DNA of 64,000 nucleotides from Pocillopora damicornis (Eukaryota): NCBI RefSeq assembly GCF_003704095.1, contig NW_020844103.1, positions 310,001 to 374,000 of the forward strand, read 5' to 3'. Shown piece by piece: positions 39,037 to 51,574 of this stretch (position 1 is its first letter; each line of letters starts with the position of its first letter). The notes under the pieces were generated by a model. It saw only the letters and a program-made list of their open reading frames with translations, ran no database searches and was not told where the DNA came from. The position numbers and the translations under genes were made by a program.

Positions 39037-40259
39037 TGTTGTCTGTCCAAGAAATTTTTGTAGGGGTTAGTGGGGGGGGGGGGGGGNNNNNNNNNNNNNN
39101 NNNGGCATGGACTTCACATGAGGAGTTGGAACGTTCCAAGCAATAGTATTCTCTGTCTGTTTCGATAAAGACTAGACGAAGATGTCGAGAATCATAGATA
39201 TTTTGTTTTGGAACGAAAACGTTGTATTGACAATTGAGATTAGTTGTCAGTTGTGTAGTGATTGTTGTTATACTGTTTTACTGGTCTCTGTGGAACTGCA
39301 ATTTAAGTGATCTCTTTTAAGGTTTGAATCGATCAAAGTTTCATCTTTCTGGAACAGGAATGGACTCATTTAGGGGCTTTTACTCGAAATTTTCTTCGAA
39401 GATGCTATATTCTGCAATTCAAAATCCCCCTTCGATCAATTTCTAACCTGCCCCACCGATTTATTCTGAGTCGTATCACAGTCTCTCATTGGATGTTTTT
39501 CATACCACAATTACTTCTGTTTCGGGTTGTTAGGGAAGCTTCTCTACTATGGAGAAGTAAGCTGATTGAGGGAGTATTCTCAATTTCAATGATTTGATTT
39601 GTCGACTACGAGACGTCAAATCATCACAGGGGCATCTTCGCCTTCAATATTTTCATTTATGGCAAAGGTGCAGCTAATTCATGAATCTTTCCTTATCACG
39701 TAGTTAAATAGTGACAGTACCTATTTATTTATTACTGTGGCTCGCAATCTTGTAAATAGATCGACGGCGTGGTTTTATGAAATTTTAATGTCATGTACTA
39801 ACAAGAAATCCAGAAACACATCCAGACAACATAGCGGTAACTCAACATGCTTTTTATTTTTAACCTATGCGTGCGCATTAAATCAATTAATATATACAGT
39901 AAATGCACAGGCAGACCATAACATCTAGTTTGTACGTAATTTAGAGCTCATTCCGTAAACTGTACCGTGTCGCGGCTTTTACGTCAACTGTAAAATTACA
40001 GGTATCATAATTTTAAAACGACTTGATTTATTGTATTAAAATTCACTCAGCAGCGAAGCTATATCGCAAAAAAGAAAATCCCAAAGTTTTGGAAAAATTG
40101 ATCGAGGAAATTACGAGACCTTTCCGAAAAACTCTTTTGCCGGATTTCCCCATAACATTAGCATAACGACAACGATTGTTGTGCCACAACCACTGTTTCA
40201 AACTTCAATCATTTGTGTGTTTTGATAGAAACCAATCGTTTTTTATGCCAGTAAACCGA

Positions 40260-41800
40260 TGTACATGAAGATGGTAAATTTTTAATTGAAGGAAGATGTT
40301 ATTTAGTAAATGATGCAGGCCTACTCGAAGAAAAAAGAAACTTCGAGAGCTGCTAATAGGACTCGAACCTACGACCCTCCGATTAGTGTTTTGGATGTTC
40401 TGTCACTGAGCCTTACGAGACTTAAGCTAGGTCGCTCCCTTGGGGATGAAGTTCCTGTCGGGAAGGACTGGAATGTCAATATGTGATAATAATGCGCATG
40501 AGTGATGTGTAAATGAACATGATAAATATTAAGGCAGGTGATTGAAGTGAAAGAATATGTTATTCTGTGAATGAAACAGACAGACACAAAAAAAACTTTA
40601 TGTACTCCTTTCATGATATGAACCCTGAGCTACACCGGACTGATGACAAGCATTATTGTTTATCGAGGTCCTTTCTGACAAAGTTCCTGGACACTGCAAG
40701 GATGGAAATGTCGATATGTGATGCATATGCATGACAGTGATGATGTAAATGAAGATGGAAAATGTTTACGTTTGAATGAGATGGTATTTAGTAGGTGAAA
40801 CAAGCTTCATCGCAGAAAGAAGAAACTCGGAGTGCTCCTAATAGAACACGAAGCTGCGACATTCCGATTTGTATTTCGGACGCTCTACCACTGAGCTATA
40901 GATAACTCGTTGCCAGTAAGGCCATTTAACTAGGTTCATCGTGAAAAAGTTCATGGATACCACGAGAGTAGGAATCTCGACATTTGATACCTTTGCGCAA
41001 CAGTTATGATCTAAATATAGATCGGCGATAAATTTAAAGTCTCTTGATTTCAGTGAGGTGTAACGTTGTTCAGTGAATGAAACTGGCCGTGACTCGGAGA
41101 AAAAAGAAACTCCGAGTGCTCCTAATAGCACTTAAACCTGCAACCTTCCGATTAGTACTTCGAACCCTTAACCGCTGTGTTTAAGGGCAATCGTGGCAAA
41201 CTGAGCTCTTTCCATGGTGACAAAGTATCTGGAAACTGCCAGGATATATAGGAATGTCTATATGCGATGCTGATGTGTAACAGTTATGATGTAAATGAAG
41301 ATGGTGAATTTAAGCTGCGTGATTTAAGTGAAGCAAATGTCATTCGGAGAATGACACAGGCTTTGACGGAGAAAAAAGAAGCCCCGATGGCTCCTAATAG
41401 GACTCGAATCTACGACCTTCCTATTTGGACGCTCTACCACTGATCTTCGAGTTCCTGCATCAGTGTGAGGATAAGAAGGTCGATATGTAATGCTCATATG
41501 CATGAAAGTCTGAAATGCTCTTAAGCTCGTGGCCAGCTTAGCCGTTGCCATGGCGACAAAGTTCCCTGATACTGCGAGGATAGGAATGTCGATATGTGAT
41601 GTTCATGCGCAATAGTGATAATGTAAATGAAGATGGTAAATTTTTGAGCGTTGAGATTTAGGTGAACGAAGATGCTGTTCTGTGAATAACATAAGCATAA
41701 CCGAAGAGAGAAGAAAGTTCGAGTGCTTCTTGTAGGACTTAACCTACGACCTTCCGATCAGTACTTCGGAACCCTTTACCGCTGAGCTTCAGAAGACTAA
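40260..41800 (-). repeat. Tandem array (~6 units of 250-330 bp), each with a tRNA-like segment
   Basis: Minus-strand consensus TAGCTCAGTGGTAGAGCGTCCGAA..TAATCGGAAGGTCGTAGGTTCGAGTCCTATTAGGAGCACTCGG near 40340, 40600, 40825, 41105, 41375 and 41715. Each unit also carries GATGTAAATGAAGATGG. Confidence 0.75.
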
Positions 41801-43203
41801 ATGATTGTAAAGATGTGAAAATCATATATGTGAACTGCGGATAAAGAAATGAGTATTGAAGCGATCCCCTCAATAATGAGCACTACTTTAGCAGTTGTTT
41901 CTCATATCTACCAGTCAAAGACAGGTAGATATGGGAAGCTGGGTCACGTTCCAACGATTAGGAAAACTGCATGGTCAGGTTGCATTTATTCAGATTGAAT
42001 CTAAACAAGCACATAACATTTATTCACTGTTTAGAGAAACAACAACAGTAACAACAACTATCTAAACTAATCCGAGAAAAGGAACAAAGCTCCACACTTT
42101 TTTTATCTTAACAGAGAACTTCATGTCTGCGCCCTGTTCCTTCACAAGAATGCGCGCTCAATCAAGAGGAAAGAAAAATGATTTCTTTAGTGATAAAGTT
42201 TACCAACCTTTGGTAGTTACTTTAGGCGAACTTTCATGTAAACGTCATATTCTTTTTTTTTATTTTGACTATCACATTTAATCAGTTTGTACTATGCAAA
42301 ATTTGTCCGTGTTTTTTCTCGTTTTCGGTCTCGCCCTTAAACCCAGAGTGGTGCAACGAACGATCATTAGGAATATGACAATATTAATCTGCGTTCTTTT
42401 GAGTACTTATGATAGGAAGATATGACATACAGTTTTAATCATCTGCATTAGTAAAATCTTGATAGGTTTAGAGATGTTTTCGCATTCACCGACCACGCCT
42501 GAAAAACACTGCTCTTCCCATCCAGATACAAACACGCGTTAAGTGTCAATCCGAGAGAAATTCAACGGACTTTGGTTACGTTATTTCATTGCATCAGTTA
42601 AATCATTTTAGTTTAATGCCAATCTAGTTCTACAAGATTCTGTTTTACAGATCTGTCTGTACTTCAGAGGCCTTTCCCTTCCAGTCCCATACTGGAGCGC
42701 ACGGCCATCGTGTGTATCATAAGCATATAATTTCTCCTTACCATATCACCCCTGAATCAAACATTAACGTCACAAGAATAAAGGAAATAATCACCAGCTG
42801 GAGGAGTTCTTGATTTTTAAACAAATTCTCCTTGTCAGCACCTCAGAAAATGTGCAAAGAACAGTATGGAGAATATGCATACTGATCTTAGGGTGTAAAA
42901 GGTTAACAAGTCTTACTCTTAAGTTAATGACCACCCCGGCAACAAACACAGACTGTCCTCAACCGCTGTGGGTGTGTGCACTTCTCTGCTGCTACAGAAA
43001 CTTCATTAACGTTTAAACCTGGCCTAGAAGTAGGCCTCACACCTATTTTCTTCTCAAGCTTCCGATAATATCTTAGATTTTGAATAACAGGAGATCGAGA
43101 AAAAATGAATTTGAGACAACATATCTTCGGTATCAATGACTGTATAATTTTAAGGGGAGGTTGCTGGATGAATTCACTCTGTTTCAAAACGAACTACAAA
43201 AAA

Positions 43204-45188
43204 AGAGCGTTCAATCCCGCAATTCCGACTAAAATTTTTTCTCAATCCCGTAATCTCGCCGGTTATTCTGGCCAATCCCGATCCCGATCATACAATTTGT
43301 CTAAGTCTATTTCCTAAACTTGGGAGGGCCTTTTCGGTAGGTGATGATTTTCTCTCCAGCATTGATCCTTTGAAGTCTATGGTCAACGTAAAGTGTAAGT
43401 TTATCTCTTTTCATCAAAATAATGATATCGTTTACTTTAGAAGTTTTCAAAGTTTTGCACGAATAACGTAAGCCAGTCACGGTAACGACTTCCTTCCGTT
43501 AAACTTCGATCACGGACAAACGTATTAATAAAGACAGGTCGGTATCAAAGAAACGAATAGCAATGTCAACAAGTGCATAAAACAGGAAAGATGACGGCAA
43601 TCTCATAGTTTCATAACAAGGGAGATAAAGAAAACTTAATTGAACACAATTCTGCTTGTAGCGAAGCAAATTTTCGACGACAACTATGAGTTTCGCAAAT
43701 GAAGACACACTGGGATCGTTTTGTTTAACGTAGTCAAGGTAACCAAGTATTTAGCGTAAACTGAAATATGAAAATTATAAGGAAGAAGGTGAGCTGAGAA
43801 AGGAAGAACCGCTTGAAAACGAACTCTAACAAAAACTAATAGCCAAGTGGGAAAAACGTGTAGCGTTCTAACGAAGCGTGAACAACGTAAACCACGTGTT
43901 AGAGGGTTGCGAAAACGAGCGATAAGGAAACTTGTGTAAAAACTAGGTGAAACTACCAAAATACTAGGTATTTAGAAAAGTACAAAGAAGAGGAACAAAG
44001 GTACTTACATAAAATTCCCGCTTGTAAGAGTTTAACCAAAACGATCTTCAAGATAAGGTGGGCTAAAAAGGCGCTCCTCCGATAAACACGTCTTATCGAT
44101 AGCCCAAAGCAAGATAACCAACTTAAATGCGGTTCTGGGTAAAACTTAAAAGATCACGTCCCTAATGGACAAACAGTAACGTCATTGTTACGGTTAAACA
44201 CGAATCAAAGTTATAGCGAATCAATGTCCGGTGGCAAAGGCGTGGCAGCCGTTATACCGCTGTTGAAGCGAGTACTTCTTACGAAGCTGATTTTCATCTT
44301 CCCGGGTAAAAATCAGCCTCTCGTTCCAAAGATTGAATGTCACTATCATCACTGACGGGGAATCGTGCTCTAATATTCCATCTTCCTTTTCGTCTTGTTT
44401 CCTGCTGTTTTCTTGCTGCTCCTCGAAGTCAGAGCGTTCGAGGCTTACCGGTTCGCCCGGCTAAATTTCTCTCTAATAGAGGTTCAAAGGGGGAGTTGCA
44501 GCTATTGCCACTGTTGTTTCCTGTCTGACAGAGCGGTGACCCACTGCTGCAACAAATGTTTACGCCCAGTCCCTCATCTTCTATATGCTCTGTACTGTCA
44601 CCTGTAGAGGTAGTAACGGTTGAATTGCTGATATGGCCGACAGGATCATGGCACGTTCAAGTACAGGATACCAAGAAATTGGATTTGTTAAATAGTACAC
44701 CGCCCAACGGGTTGTCCCCTTTAAGCCATCTTTTGCTGCATTTCCAAAGTTTCTTGGGTAATCTGACACCATGGGGGTTTTCGAGGCCGTTAAGTATTTC
44801 AACTGACGCAGCAGTCTTAGATGCCTTGTTACCCTTTGGGCCATTGAGGATTTTTGGGAAATTGGCAACTTCGCTGCTGATATAATTTTCATTGCCGCGC
44901 AATAACTCAAAGAGTGTCGCTGAACAGCCCGACCGCCTCCTGAATGCTAGAGAACCTGTATGCCTAGTGCTTTTCGTGGACTGAGAATATCAATTTCTTC
45001 ATAAACTCTCGTCAACGGACATCCCGGTTCTCGGTTCGTTTAAGTGATTATTTCCCGAATCTCGCCGATTCCCGAGTCCCCTTCATGATAGCAATCCCGC
45101 ATCTCGCTCCCCTCTTACTTTAAATTCCCGGATTCCGGCCTTTAAATATGCTTAATCCCGGATCCCGAAAAACCTGTTGGGGATCCTC
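43204..45188. mobile_element. Putative degenerate DNA-transposon-like element with ATCCCG-rich subterminal repeats
   Basis: Clusters of (A)ATCCCG/TTCCCG at 43212-43290 and 45020-45170 bracket a GC-richer interior with broken ORFs. Confidence 0.4.
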
Positions 45189-45677
45189 TATATAGTGAAA
45201 TGCGAATGCGTTTGATCGGAAGTGTTGTCTATTTCAATCATCGAATCATCAGTGAAAAAACATAAATCGAGTAAGAGATTATTCAAAACAGAAAGGATTC
45301 TCGTTATCATACTCTGGCAAAGAATTGAAGAGATATAAAATAGGGAAAGACTAAAACAGGGGAATGCAAAACAAGAGGAGGATTTGTCCTTACGCAATCC
45401 TAACCCACATTATTATTTCAGCATCACAATTAAAAACTCAAAATGATAACTAAACTGATATAAGTTGTTCATAAGATTTTTTATTGATCGTTAGCAATAA
45501 AAAAGTTACAACACTCAGTATATATATATATATCAAAACAGCAAAGTTTTTATCAGAAGCTCTAGAGCAGTGAACAGCGATACAAAACAGAGTAATCGAT
45601 CGACTCGAACCTCGACGTGACTTTAGTTACGTTACTGTCTTAGATAGCAGTGCTTATTACAAAGTGTAGATTCTCAG

Positions 45678-46586
45678 TCAGGGCATATGAGGGAGTTCGT
45701 TGAAGGATTTGTTATCAATGCAGTCACACATACACTTATAAGCCCCGCGCATGCACAGACCATATTCGTTATCGGGGTTATTGATACAAGTGTAAAAATA
45801 ATAGTTACAACTTCGGCAGCAGTCAAACACTTGCTTGCAGACGTACTTCTTGGCCGGTTCGTTTGCGAGCGAAGGACGCAGATAAATTGCTGCAGCATCA
45901 CGGCATAACACTGGGTAGTTTTCGTAGCTAAGGTATTTGTCCTCGTCCTGCATGTTTAAAAAAGACATATAATCAGGGTCATCATTGATACTTCTTACTG
46001 TACGCAGTTACATGTAGGAGGGTTTTAAGGTGCATGATATACACCAATTTACGTTATCAATTCAGTTGATATTACTAAATTACCCTGTTATAACAATAAA
46101 ACAGCTTGAAGTACCATCCCTGGTGAACTGAACGCACTACGCCTACGCCAAAACAACTGATAGCTAAGTACAAATTATGGTAAGAGAGTCAAAACAGAGG
46201 GTAAAGCAAAATCTTCTTATTTTCCGGTTGGTATTTGCTGCTCACGCGTATAAGTAAGATTAGGTGCATTGCGATACTTAGATTTTTCTTTTAATGCACA
46301 AACGTATCCTTGCAATATTATAACCACATACCCGAACATCGTGCGGCAACCTGCTAACGTTAAGCTTGTTACACTCGCTAGCACAGTCACAACTCATATT
46401 ATGACTGTCCTCTTGAACCATTTGTGCATCAATAAGCTTTTCTTCAAAACTCGGCAGTTTAGGTTCATCTGGTATTCTTTCGAGGGCTTCGTGAGCTTCG
46501 TCGTTGTAAAAATCCCTCGAAGCGTATTGGCCTTGGGCAGCCAAAAGCGTAGCAGCGAAAAAGTAAATAAACAAATACGATTTCAT
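45678..46586 (-). CDS. Secreted Cys-rich protein A, 174 aa (exons 46586-46332, 45947-45678)
   Basis: Signal peptide MKSYLFIYFFAATLLAAQG, acidic segment, 13 Cys, phase-0 GT-AG intron. TATAAAA at 46683-46677, CCAAT near 46735, AATAAA at 45485-45480. Confidence 0.8.
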
Positions 46587-48415
46587 ATTGACGGGTGAGA
46601 AAGAAGTTTTTATATTGGAAATCCGTGTTCAAGAAAACGAAGAGTACACTGAATGAGTTTGGGGAGGTAAAAAGCCTTTTATATCGCATCAACCATACGA
46701 GATTGACCTGAATAACTGTGGCTTCATTTTGATTGGCTACTCCTAAAGGATCGGCCAAGCATAACTTTGTTAGTACAATGAAATGTTATCATGTATGCGC
46801 ATATACAAGCCTATTTTCTCAATGCGTTTACATGCGAAACGATAAATACAAGCTTAAAAAGAATAAATCTTTATGATTTGCCGGTTGTCAAAAAAGAGAC
46901 TTTTTAAAAGAGATTTTGTAGCTAAGATTAATGACAATGAATATCTTGTTTGTGAGTATTATTCCAGTTTACAGCATACGTGACTTTTTTCTCGGCTTTT
47001 TTCCCGTTATCTCTTGAAAAATAACTTATATTTGTCATTAAATTGCCGATCCACTTCAAAACGTTACATAAAAGCTGTTCCGACATGCACAGTATAAGAT
47101 CGGAAACTTCTTGAAATAAACAAAGTGTGGCATTTAAATTTTAAGAGCTTACATGGACAGGAATGTTATTAATCTTTATCTCAAATTTTTATCGGTGAAC
47201 CCCATATACACCACAGGAAACGCGAAAACAAGAAGTATCGCCAGACGTGGATCTGGTGCGTCCATTGTCAATATATCACTCTCAATCAGTAGGAGGAAAA
47301 AACAGTTTTCTGTACACGTGCAACCAACAGAGCTTCATAATATCACTTGCAAAAAGATTAAGTACATCCGCACGACGTTTGTTATGAAAAAAAAACTGCA
47401 AGTCAACTTTGTTTATTACGATCTTTGAGCATTTCTCTCTCTTTTTTTTTCCTATTACGGGTCCAAGGCAACAAAAAATAATAAAGGTATTCTTGAATAG
47501 CAAGTAAATTCATAGATTTTATCGGTTTGTACACAAGCCAGCCGGCTGAATTCCTTATACATGTATACTCGCGACCTCACGAGAAAAAATGGCAATTTTC
47601 TAATGAGTTTGACTTATCGAGAAGGTAGTATAGGTAATAGGATTATTTCGAGTGCCATTTGGTGTCAATAAGCACGAGTGAATTTTTCAAAGACAACAAA
47701 ATTGCACGAACCCGAAGGGCGAGTGAAATTTGTAGTCTTTGAAAAAGTTACAAGTGCCTATTACACCAAATTTATAGAGAAATCATGTTATTACTTGTTA
47801 ATAATGTACATGAATCAACATCACAGAAAGTCTAAAGAACAGACGAAATTCTGAAAGCGTGCGCGCGCTATTTGTAATTTGCACTTGTGTTACAACTTTG
47901 CACTCTTGTTCAGTGAGAATGCGCTGGTTTTCAGCAGATCAGAAGCGTGCATGTAATTTTTTCGTGTACATTATTACAAATGTTTCAGAATCAAGATCGT
48001 TGTCGGAAGGGAAATTGATGTTTTCAACTAAACATAGAGATAGTGCTTAATAGCACAACTTCTTCAAAAAGTATCAAGGGGGTGCACTTGATAATAAGAG
48101 GATAAAGGAACAAGGGGGTTTCCATTTATATTTCTATATATTTAGTTATTTCAGTAATTTATTTATGTGATCAGTCATATTAAAGGACAACAACGAATTT
48201 CGTATCAAACATTTATTTTGACAATAGGTTACAAAAACTTCGTTACATGGAGGGAATTACTTGCTAATGTTGATTTTGAAGTACTGGAGGTTAAAACTAT
48301 TTAGCAATGCTAACAATGAACTGATCAGGAAAAAAACTTCCCTTAATAGGATAGATATACCGTTCGGTAAATTAATGCCACAGCATAGGAAAAATTGAAA
48401 GAGTTCTCCAGGAAT

Positions 48416-49204
48416 TTAAGGGAATGGGGCGATTTCTGGTGGTGAGTTCTTTTCTATGCATTTACCCATACAATTGAAGGACTGACGATAGCAGTACTCT
48501 GGACCGCCGTTTAAAGCCCCATTTTGATCCAAACATTTCTTGTGGACTGCGTTACAATATCGGCAGCAATCGAACAAGTACAGCAACATAAACTGACATT
48601 TGTACAATGGATTTTCGTTGAAAACGATAGTAGAAGCCAGGACACAGTTGGTAGGCATCTCTTGAAATTTATGGAAGCTGGTGTTTTTCTGTTCATTAAA
48701 AACAAGCGGAAAAGTTTAGAAAACCAAGAATGTAACCGATAAAGATTATTAATTGTATATGGGAACTAAAAAGTACATCAGTTTGTGTCCTTTTCAAATG
48801 ACGCGTTCTTTATGGGGTGCTTCGGTTGCTCTAGAAAGCCGTGGAACCTGTATCATGCACGGTGCACGAGACTAGAAATCTCATGCAGTTTACGCCTATT
48901 AGACTTGGATACTCGTAAGAACCAATAAATACAACTTAAGAAAGCAAAATTTTCTTACTGTTAAAAAATCCGGCACGTCTAACTTTTGGCACTCTGGCTC
49001 ACAGCGGGCGAGACACTGAGTGGAATCATCGTTCTGTGGAACACGCGCCACGCTATTCTCGTCTTCGATCTGAAAGCTGGTTAAATCCGGCAGAAGTGCT
49101 CTATGCTCTGGGCGAAAGAAACGTTTTACACGTTCCTCGGTGCTGAATCCATTCACCATGGCAATAGCGAGGGTAAACCTAACAAAAAAACTGCAAGTCT
49201 TCAT
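48416..49204 (-). CDS. Secreted Cys-rich protein B, 172 aa (exons 49204-48959, 48688-48416)
   Basis: Signal peptide MKTCSFFVRFTLAIAMVNG, RVKR furin-type site, 12 Cys after the signal, same intron position as protein A. TATAAAA at 49319-49313, AATAAA at 48217-48212. Confidence 0.8.
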
Positions 49205-51574
49205 GGCGTTATTGTCTGTTTGTTTGCAAAGGATTTTACAAAACTCTAACGAAGTATTGCTTCTCAGCAAGTAGCTTCTCTCGGATGAATACAGCGCTGC
49301 GAATAATACAATTTTTATACTACTGTGAATTTATTCAAGTGGTATTTGTTAATTGTTTTTGAGTATTGGACCACATTCGTAATTGAGAGGGCTTCTCATG
49401 CTACGTGACTTGTAGCTGTCATGTCTCAGACAAACCATGAAAGTAATAATAACACTTCTTGAGGTCCGATACAGAAACGTTGTTGATCGAAGCCTGATGA
49501 TATTTCAACTGAATTTTTAGCCCTATTTTCTTTCATTCCCTACAAAACTCTACTTTCATGTTGTTTTAGCTTCCTCAATTTCGTTTTTTTAATTAGTTTT
49601 TCTGCTCATCGTCAGATCGAATTCCGCAGCATATACGATGTGCAATGAAGAATAATTGATAAGGCCATTGAAAACAAATTGAATCATTGGCAAAGGAACC
49701 GGAAAAACTCACTTACTTACATCCTCTTCCAGGATAATTGCCAGTATATACGACCTTATTTGCCAAATAAAATCAACTTCAAGATAAGAGTCTGCGTGTG
49801 AGCAACATATCTCGAAGCACATCGCCTCAATATTCAGACGGTGCTTTGACCCAACCATTTCCCAGTCTATCCCGACACAGAGCCCACATCGGCCCTTTAC
49901 AAGTTATGAGACTTAGGAATCAGAACATTTTAATACCGGGTCAGTTTATTTGCTTGAATAAATCTCAAGAATCAATTTCCTGTATAATTAGCGCGTATAC
50001 GATTGCAAAGAGCACGAAATAGTTGTCAACATGAGTTTCTGAGGTCTGAAAGGCAAATATATCCTTCTCTACAAATTATCACTGCTTCGAATTACCTAAA
50101 AGAAAAATCTTAATGATTAAAGCCGGATAACGAGCAAAAACGTGTACTTGTTAATATGCATTCAGTTAACAAATAATTACCCAGACGGATATTGCTGAAA
50201 AATTTAAGTATTCTCAAGAATGAGTGCAAATATCAGTGGAACGGTACGTGCTTTTTTCCTGGTGTAATATTAATCTTTAAGAGATGTTTTCCTCAAAGAA
50301 CGCTAACCCTCACAGAATTTCAGAGAGCTAACTCTCAACGATTGCTTCTGACAAACATTCAGCTAACATATACCATAATAATTAATCATTGTAATGTTTT
50401 GAATGAGTTCCCATAATGCCTCGTAAATTGTACAAGTACCCAGAGTACTCAGCGAAATAAAATTTTGTTGACAATGGCCATGATGTTTGTTGCCACGAGT
50501 CTTTAATACTAAGAGATTATAAACTGCTTATATTCTCTTTTAATACTAAGGACAATTAACTCAGTATATTACATTTACTTAAAAAAACAAAACCACGAAT
50601 AAAAACATACAAAAACCAGATATAAGTATGTTCCAGTTTGCGTAAGTTGAGCAGTCAGCAGTCAAATGTTAAGTGCATTTTTTTTCTTGCTAATACTGAT
50701 CCATTCAAGATGTCTTCCGAAGCGTTTCATAACAATACCAGTGACGTGCATATACCCTTATCTTCAAAGAAAGACCGCCGTTCTATGCCTCAAAGTATTT
50801 CTTGTTCAAAATACTTCTGTATTTTTCCAATGCTGTATCACTTGGAATATCATTTGATCAACTCTAGACCATTCATTTTCTAAAGAGCGATGACAGTTGG
50901 ACTGAGTATTTCAAAAATTATCATAAAAATGAAAAAAACTGGTTCATTAGATTAATAATTCTTCCTTTTTCATCTCCCAAAAACGTCTTTCAAAATAAGT
51001 TTTGAAGCATTGCATACGGGCTGAATTGCTTACTTTGTGCATGATGATACACTGTACAATTTATGAAATGACGGGAAATTAAACCGAACTCGCCTAAGTA
51101 TGTAATAACAAAAAGTTGAGAAGTAAGTTCCACAATGTGAATACAGCAGTTAAACTTCTTCGCATGTGCGAACGCTATGACTAGGGACACAGCGACAAAA
51201 TGATTGCGCATTGTTGTAACGCGCGAGGAATTTTACGCGCGCAAAGGAGTGGGAACGACCAAATTTCTTCAGTAATACTATCGCAGCAAACTGACGACAT
51301 TTTTGGAATTGCCATTGTTTGTTTTCACTTTGCATAAATAAGCGTAAACCAAAACAGATAAGATTGACGTTTCCNNNNNNNNNNNNNNNNNNNNNNNNNN
51401 NNNNNNNNNNNNNNNNNNNNNNNNNNNNNNNNNNNNNNNNNNNNNNNNNNNNNNNNNNNNNNNNNNNNNNNNNNGCCGTTCTTGACCCAGGGCCACTCGA
51501 TTTCCAACATGACGGCAAGAGCATAAGAGCATAACATTTCGTATCTTTCGTACAATCTGAAAGGGGGATTTGCA

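Noticed and set aside
39104-39160. Second copy of the MPV17-A 3' end
   Set aside because: It directly abuts a poly-G run and an N gap, so it is most likely an allelic overlap or assembly artefact.
40260-41800. CRISPR-like array or true tRNA gene cluster
   Set aside because: The whole unit is repeated rather than repeat plus unique spacer, there are no cas genes, the context is eukaryotic, and the cloverleaves are degenerate.
34383-49204. RiPP-like system in which the radical SAM enzyme modifies the Cys-rich proteins
   Set aside because: The proteins have secretory signal peptides and disulfide-type frameworks, the enzyme shows no SPASM or RRE-like region, and the compartments are unlikely to match.
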